A stretch of 64,000 nucleotides of DNA, taken from Promethearchaeota archaeon (lineage in GTDB: Archaea > Asgardarchaeota > Lokiarchaeia > Sigyniarchaeales > SOKP01). Positions 59,616 through 64,000 of the stretch are shown piece after piece. The stretch lies in assembly GCA_048939995.1 (NCBI GenBank), contig JBHLOY010000004.1, forward strand, positions 1 through 64,000, given 5' to 3'. The notes below the pieces were generated by a model that had not been told where the DNA came from, did no database searches, and saw nothing but the letters and a program-made list of their open reading frames with translations. Position 1 is the stretch's first letter, and each line of letters opens with the position of its first letter. The position numbers and the translations under genes are program-made.

Positions 59616-61499
59616 TTAGTATATATCTTTTAAAACAAATTCTAAATCTAAGCTTTTTAAAGTTTCTTTTAGAGGATAACCATTCTCGGGATTCCATCCT
59701 ATTACTTCACAAAAATTTTTATAATCTTCTCTGAAATCAACTGTTTTTCCTTTATGTGGTCCAGTTTCGAAAGGAGGGTCACCTACTGCTCGTCCCGGAA
59801 GGTTGTTATTTACCATAATTACACCCTCTCGGATTGTAAATGCTTGACGTAAGGAGTGGATACGATATCCAACTTCTAGGATTTCCTCAATTGAGAGATC
59901 CCAACCAACTACAGAACTTATTGCTTCCTTTAATGGATATTTTTGATAAAAATTTAAGAATTCACATAGTCCTAAGGCATTTGTAGCTTGTTTTAACCCA
60001 ACAGCCATTTTTTGAGCAACAGCCCTATCCTCACTACCAACTCGTTTCCATCTTTTAGGTAAACTTAAACCGTCAATCAATCCATTAGGTTTAATCAATG
60101 GTCCAATAGCCATTAGATCGATACTGGGAGAAGTATGCTTACCTGGAGTTGGGTCAAAAGCATAACTAATACCCATTGATTTAAAGAATTTTGGATCATG
60201 CATACCTAGTTCCTGACCCATGGAATGTATGGCGTATTTTTCACTTTCCTTGCCTAAACGTTTAGAAGCTCTGTAGCAACCATCAGCTAAAAGATCGCCA
60301 AATCCTTCTCTCTTTATTATTTTCTTACTTAATTCTATTATTGCTTTAGAATTTCCCCAATTCAATTCCAGACCGTCAGTTTGACTTTTGTTAATAATCC
60401 CATTTTCATAGCATTCAATTGCGAATGCAATAGTACCACCAATCGAGATAGTGTCTATTCCTGCTCTATTGCATAAATCATTAATTTGAAAAATCGATAA
60501 TTTATCATCATTAAGCAAAAGAACTCCCAATGAAGCACAAGTCTCATATTCAGGTATATGGCTTTCTTCAAGGTTAAGTTCTGGCACTTTAACAATACCT
60601 CCACATTGAACAGAACAGGAAAAACAACCATATTCTCTGATCTTATACTTATTTAATTCTATGCCCCCTATTTTTCTTACTCTCTCTATTTGAAAGTCAT
60701 CATTAGTATTTCCCCCCCAATTTTTAACTGGAGCGTCACCTGATTGAGTAGAAGCTTCAGTTAAACCACTTGTACCCAATGTTTTATAAACAGTTATAGT
60801 GCCAAGTCCAGAATTATTTATTCCCTCATTATATTTTTGAGTAATAGATATTAAAGGCTCTCTATTTGCAACTGGAACTTTATTATTCCCTTTAAGAACT
60901 ATAGCTTTCAAATTTTTAGCCCCCATAATAGCTCCTAATCCACATCTTGCTGCAATTCTTCCTTTATCAGTCACAATTCCTGAGATTAAGGATTGCTTTT
61001 CACCAGCTAACCCAATACATGATATTTGAACACTTCCATGTTTATCTTTTAGCTTTTTGTCAGTTTCCACTGTATCTAAACCCCAGATACCATTAGCATC
61101 TTGAATCTCTTTTTGATCATTTATGATTGAGATATACTTTGGTGTGTTAGAAGCACCTGTTATTAATATTCCATCGTACCCACACTTTTTTATCTCTGGA
61201 CCAAAGAACCCCCCTGAATTAGCATCTCCCCAGGTTCCTGTTAGTGGTGACTTACCTGCAGTCATATATCTCCCACTTAAAGGTGTTATCGTACCTGTAA
61301 GCAAGCCTGGAAAAAAGCCTAGAATTGATTTAGGAGATAGAGGATCTATTTTTGGAGGAAGATGGTCGTATATTAATTTGCATGCTAACCCATATCCACC
61401 AAAAAATTGTCTATATATATCCTCTCCAAGTTTTTCTTCATTAAAGGAATCATTATCCAGATCAATCCATAAAATCTTACCAAAGAATCCATTTGACAT
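59616..61499 (-). CDS. aor: Aldehyde:ferredoxin oxidoreductase (tungsten AOR family)
   Basis: KSPLTG, GAIMGAKNLK, CFSCSVQC, EYET, DTIS, GLCEF. Confidence 0.93.
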   Translation of the reverse strand: MSNGFFGKILWIDLDNDSFNEEKLGEDIYRQFFGGYGLACKLIYDHLPPKIDPLSPKSILGFFPGLLTGTITPLSGRYMTAGKSPLTGTWGDANSGGFFGPEIKKCGYDGILITGASNTPKYISIINDQKEIQDANGIWGLDTVETDKKLKDKHGSVQISCIGLAGEKQSLISGIVTDKGRIAARCGLGAIMGAKNLKAIVLKGNNKVPVANREPLISITQKYNEGINNSGLGTITVYKTLGTSGLTEASTQSGDAPVKNWGGNTNDDFQIERVRKIGGIELNKYKIREYGCFSCSVQCGGIVKVPELNLEESHIPEYETCASLGVLLLNDDKLSIFQINDLCNRAGIDTISIGGTIAFAIECYENGIINKSQTDGLELNWGNSKAIIELSKKIIKREGFGDLLADGCYRASKRLGKESEKYAIHSMGQELGMHDPKFFKSMGISYAFDPTPGKHTSPSIDLMAIGPLIKPNGLIDGLSLPKRWKRVGSEDRAVAQKMAVGLKQATNALGLCEFLNFYQKYPLKEAISSVVGWDLSIEEILEVGYRIHSLRQAFTIREGVIMVNNNLPGRAVGDPPFETGPHKGKTVDFREDYKNFCEVIGWNPENGYPLKETLKSLDLEFVLKDIY

Positions 61500-61616
61500 T
61501 TATGTAAACGCTCTTTAATTATAATTATATAAATAATAATTATTCTCTGATTTAATTTATAAATGTTTATGAGGCAAAACCAACGCTTCTAATCTAAGTG
61601 GAAAAAGTTGCTTTAA

Positions 61617-63206
61617 TCAGAACTTTGAAAGATAAAGATTCATAGCTTCCAGGAATAATTCTTTTTGCATATCTTTAGAATCAATTCCATATCTTTTTTG
61701 AAGTTCTTCATAAATTTTTAAATGCGGATTCTCAAAAGCGTGGTTAATTTCAATCTCTCCTCGTAAGAACTTTCGATATTCATTATCCAACCAAACCATA
61801 AATGGTCCCGGACTATGTTCTGCTTTATGTTTAACTTTATATTTTTCTCTAAGTGTCGTTATGACATGATAGACAGTTTCACACACTTTTTTCAAGTTAT
61901 CATTATTCTCCTTATAAAAATATTCAATGGGTACTGGCAAACGCATGTGTAGTAATATTCCTTGGCCTTGACGGAAATTAATATGACCATAGCCAAAAAT
62001 TATTTTATGAAATCCATGGTTTACAAAAATACTATTAATTATATTGATTATTTTGGGTAAATTTTTAGGCTCACTCAAGATATCTTCAAATCCAGGAAAA
62101 GCGATATAATCTGTAGATGAATCTGTAGTTTGTATCAAAAGGGCAAAGGCAGACCTTTCTTGAAGATAATCTTGAAACTCATCTTCTCCTAGAAAGGTGA
62201 ATTTAAGTTTTACGTTTTCTTTCATAACACTAATGAAGTTTTCGACCTCCTTTGAAGTCCCCTTTATTAATACAGCCCATTTGATATTTAATTCCTCTAC
62301 ATATTTCAAATCATCAAATTTACCAGGTAATTTTTCATTTGAAACCACAAATTCACTAATCAGAGGGAAAATTTTGCAATCGAGAACAGATTGAAGACCA
62401 TCAAATGCTAATTCAATATTGTTTCCATAAAGTATTGCTCGTTTTAATTCTAATGAGGGTTTATATAATTTGAATTTAGCCGATAAGATCACCCCAAAGC
62501 ATCCGTTACCTCCAACAATCCTTTTGAAAAGGGGATTATTTCTTTCTACCTTGATTATCGCGCCTTTAGGATTCATGATTCGCATACTTTTAATCCAATC
62601 CTCTGCCGAACCTAATTTTCCCGATGTAACTCCACTAGCGTTTGAAGAGATAATTCCTCCTACCCTTACAGGGAGCTTTAGAGCACTTGCAGGTTGAATC
62701 GGAAAAATAAATTTACCATTACTAAGAAATTGAACATATTTAATTAAATCAGATATGAGGGCACTCTGTTCTACTACTATTTCCTCCCTCTTAAAGTCTA
62801 TTTTAAAAGGATCTTCAAAGGAATGTAAATCTGCAAGGTCTACTGTTATACCATAATTTGAATAACCTCCCGATAATCCTGTTTTTCCACCAGCAAAAGT
62901 TATAGGGATTTTTAGCTCTTGCGAATGAGAAATAATCGCTTTTAATTGATCCTCAGTTCTAGGTCTAAAAATTACATATGGAGTTAAATTAAGATGTGAA
63001 GGGTCATTAAGACCTGCAGATTGAACTTTAGAGTTAACAATTAATGCCTTTCCCGATAAAAATGCTTCTTTATATACTTCTATATTAGTTAATTGAAAAA
63101 AATTAGGAGATCTTGTTTTTATAAAACCTTCCTCCTCCATGATTGATAAAAATTTATCCCATGGTAATTTTTTTTGAAGAGATTTAATGATATTATCTTT
63201 TTCCAT
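61617..63206 (-). CDS. FAD-linked oxidase (GlcD / D-lactate dehydrogenase-like)
   Basis: GGKTGLSGG, VGGIISSNASG, GCFGVI, FGYGH, AEH. Confidence 0.85.
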   Translation of the reverse strand: MEKDNIIKSLQKKLPWDKFLSIMEEEGFIKTRSPNFFQLTNIEVYKEAFLSGKALIVNSKVQSAGLNDPSHLNLTPYVIFRPRTEDQLKAIISHSQELKIPITFAGGKTGLSGGYSNYGITVDLADLHSFEDPFKIDFKREEIVVEQSALISDLIKYVQFLSNGKFIFPIQPASALKLPVRVGGIISSNASGVTSGKLGSAEDWIKSMRIMNPKGAIIKVERNNPLFKRIVGGNGCFGVILSAKFKLYKPSLELKRAILYGNNIELAFDGLQSVLDCKIFPLISEFVVSNEKLPGKFDDLKYVEELNIKWAVLIKGTSKEVENFISVMKENVKLKFTFLGEDEFQDYLQERSAFALLIQTTDSSTDYIAFPGFEDILSEPKNLPKIINIINSIFVNHGFHKIIFGYGHINFRQGQGILLHMRLPVPIEYFYKENNDNLKKVCETVYHVITTLREKYKVKHKAEHSPGPFMVWLDNEYRKFLRGEIEINHAFENPHLKIYEELQKRYGIDSKDMQKELFLEAMNLYLSKF

Positions 63207-63241
63207 TGTTTATTATAAGAAATTCATTAAATAGTTAAATC

Positions 63242-64000
63242 TTATTCTTCTAATGAACTGATCTGTTTTATCTTATCTAACTCCGCTTGTCGTTTTGCTA
63301 ATATAAATGAACTCGCTATAATTAACATAATGGCTAGAATGAAAAATATTATAGATAATGTACTTGGTGGAAGTAAAAGAAATACTAAAAAATATATTAC
63401 TGATGGTGTAGTTTGAGTAGGAAGGTTTTGTATTGGAACTAATTTACTTGCATCGCCATATCTTAAAGCGGCAGCCATCTTTGTCACTCCTAATAAATTA
63501 ACTGCAACAAGAACTATTACTGAGACTATAAAAAGGACTAATTCTCCGATATTAAATATTCCACTAAATACTTTAGTGATTACACCCATTAAAATTCCAG
63601 TCCAAAAATTCGATAATGAAAACATGGAACCTGAAAGGAGCGCTAGCAAAATTCCTCTAAATTTTCCATATTTAGCTTGAATAAAGTGAAATATTAAAGC
63701 AATTATAGCTAAAGCTAATGTAAAAACAGTCATTCGAACTATAAATTCAAGTTGCAATAAATTATATTCAGATAATTCAATTGACAATTCGCTTAATCCA
63801 AGGAAAGAAATAGCTCCAACCATCATAAAAATTGCCAAAATTTCTGGCAATGTTAATTTCTCTCCGATTACCTTCACAGAGCCGATTGCTAATACTATAA
63901 GTCCAGATGCCATTAAACCTGGAATGATTGCGGGACCAATAAAGACTTGAGCCATCAAGAAAAAGATTGTGCCCAATCCAAAACGAAGAAATAATGCAAA
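63242..64000 (-). CDS. DMT-superfamily (NIPA-like) membrane transporter, partial (starts beyond the window)
   Basis: Multi-TM; GP..I.GL...L..GEKL pattern; frame is open to base 64000. Confidence 0.75.
   Translation of the reverse strand, partial: FALFLRFGLGTIFFLMAQVFIGPAIIPGLMASGLIVLAIGSVKVIGEKLTLPEILAIFMMVGAISFLGLSELSIELSEYNLLQLEFIVRMTVFTLALAIIALIFHFIQAKYGKFRGILLALLSGSMFSLSNFWTGILMGVITKVFSGIFNIGELVLFIVSVIVLVAVNLLGVTKMAAALRYGDASKLVPIQNLPTQTTPSVIYFLVFLLLPPSTLSIIFFILAIMLIIASSFILAKRQAELDKIKQISSLEE

Noticed and set aside
61570-61616. Weak hairpin upstream of aor, considered as a Moco/Wco riboswitch
   Set aside because: Lies upstream of the likely aor TATA box and lacks riboswitch features; more likely linked to termination of the upstream gene.
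326-62697. Many 60-130 aa ORFs overlapping larger genes (e.g. 326..631, 6826..7128, 22293..22670, 29003..29365, 42343..42708, 61123..61518)
   Set aside because: Antisense or alternate-frame shadows of well-supported genes, with no motifs.
1-64000. CRISPR arrays, tRNA/rRNA genes, integrases, transposases
   Set aside because: No spaced direct repeats, cloverleaf or rRNA signatures, or recombinase/DDE motifs were seen.

Overview
AT-rich (~30% GC), gene-dense archaeal DNA, most consistent with an Asgard archaeon of the Lokiarchaeia type. This is inferred from two Rab-like small GTPases, a longin-like protein, a RING finger, an archaeal uS10, an AbrB-PhoU regulator and GGTGA Shine-Dalgarno motifs. 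Most of the window is housekeeping or metabolic: carB, UvrD, a heterodimeric ABC exporter, glnA, HPS, GH20, pepF, guaA, two GDHs, two Ldh_2 enzymes, AOR and a CDF transporter. The one clear RNA gene is an SRP RNA at about 51793-52095. I saw no CRISPR array, tRNA, rRNA or intact mobile element. Best leads: (1) two paralogous Zn-ribbon/WNC proteins that both end in an HbYX-like tail (candidate proteasome-docking factors, one directly upstream of glnA); (2) a Bud23/WBSCR22-like rRNA methyltransferase; (3) a CNOT4-type C4C4 RING next to longin-like and START-like genes; (4) an SRP RNA whose Alu domain resembles eukaryotic 7SL; (5) an unannotated micro-ORF with a CSG-UGA (CxxU) motif; (6) several genes whose conserved N-termini lack ATG/GTG/TTG starts; (7) a secreted caspase/CHAT-like protein between two gdh genes. 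All family calls come from recognising motifs by eye; no database searches were run.
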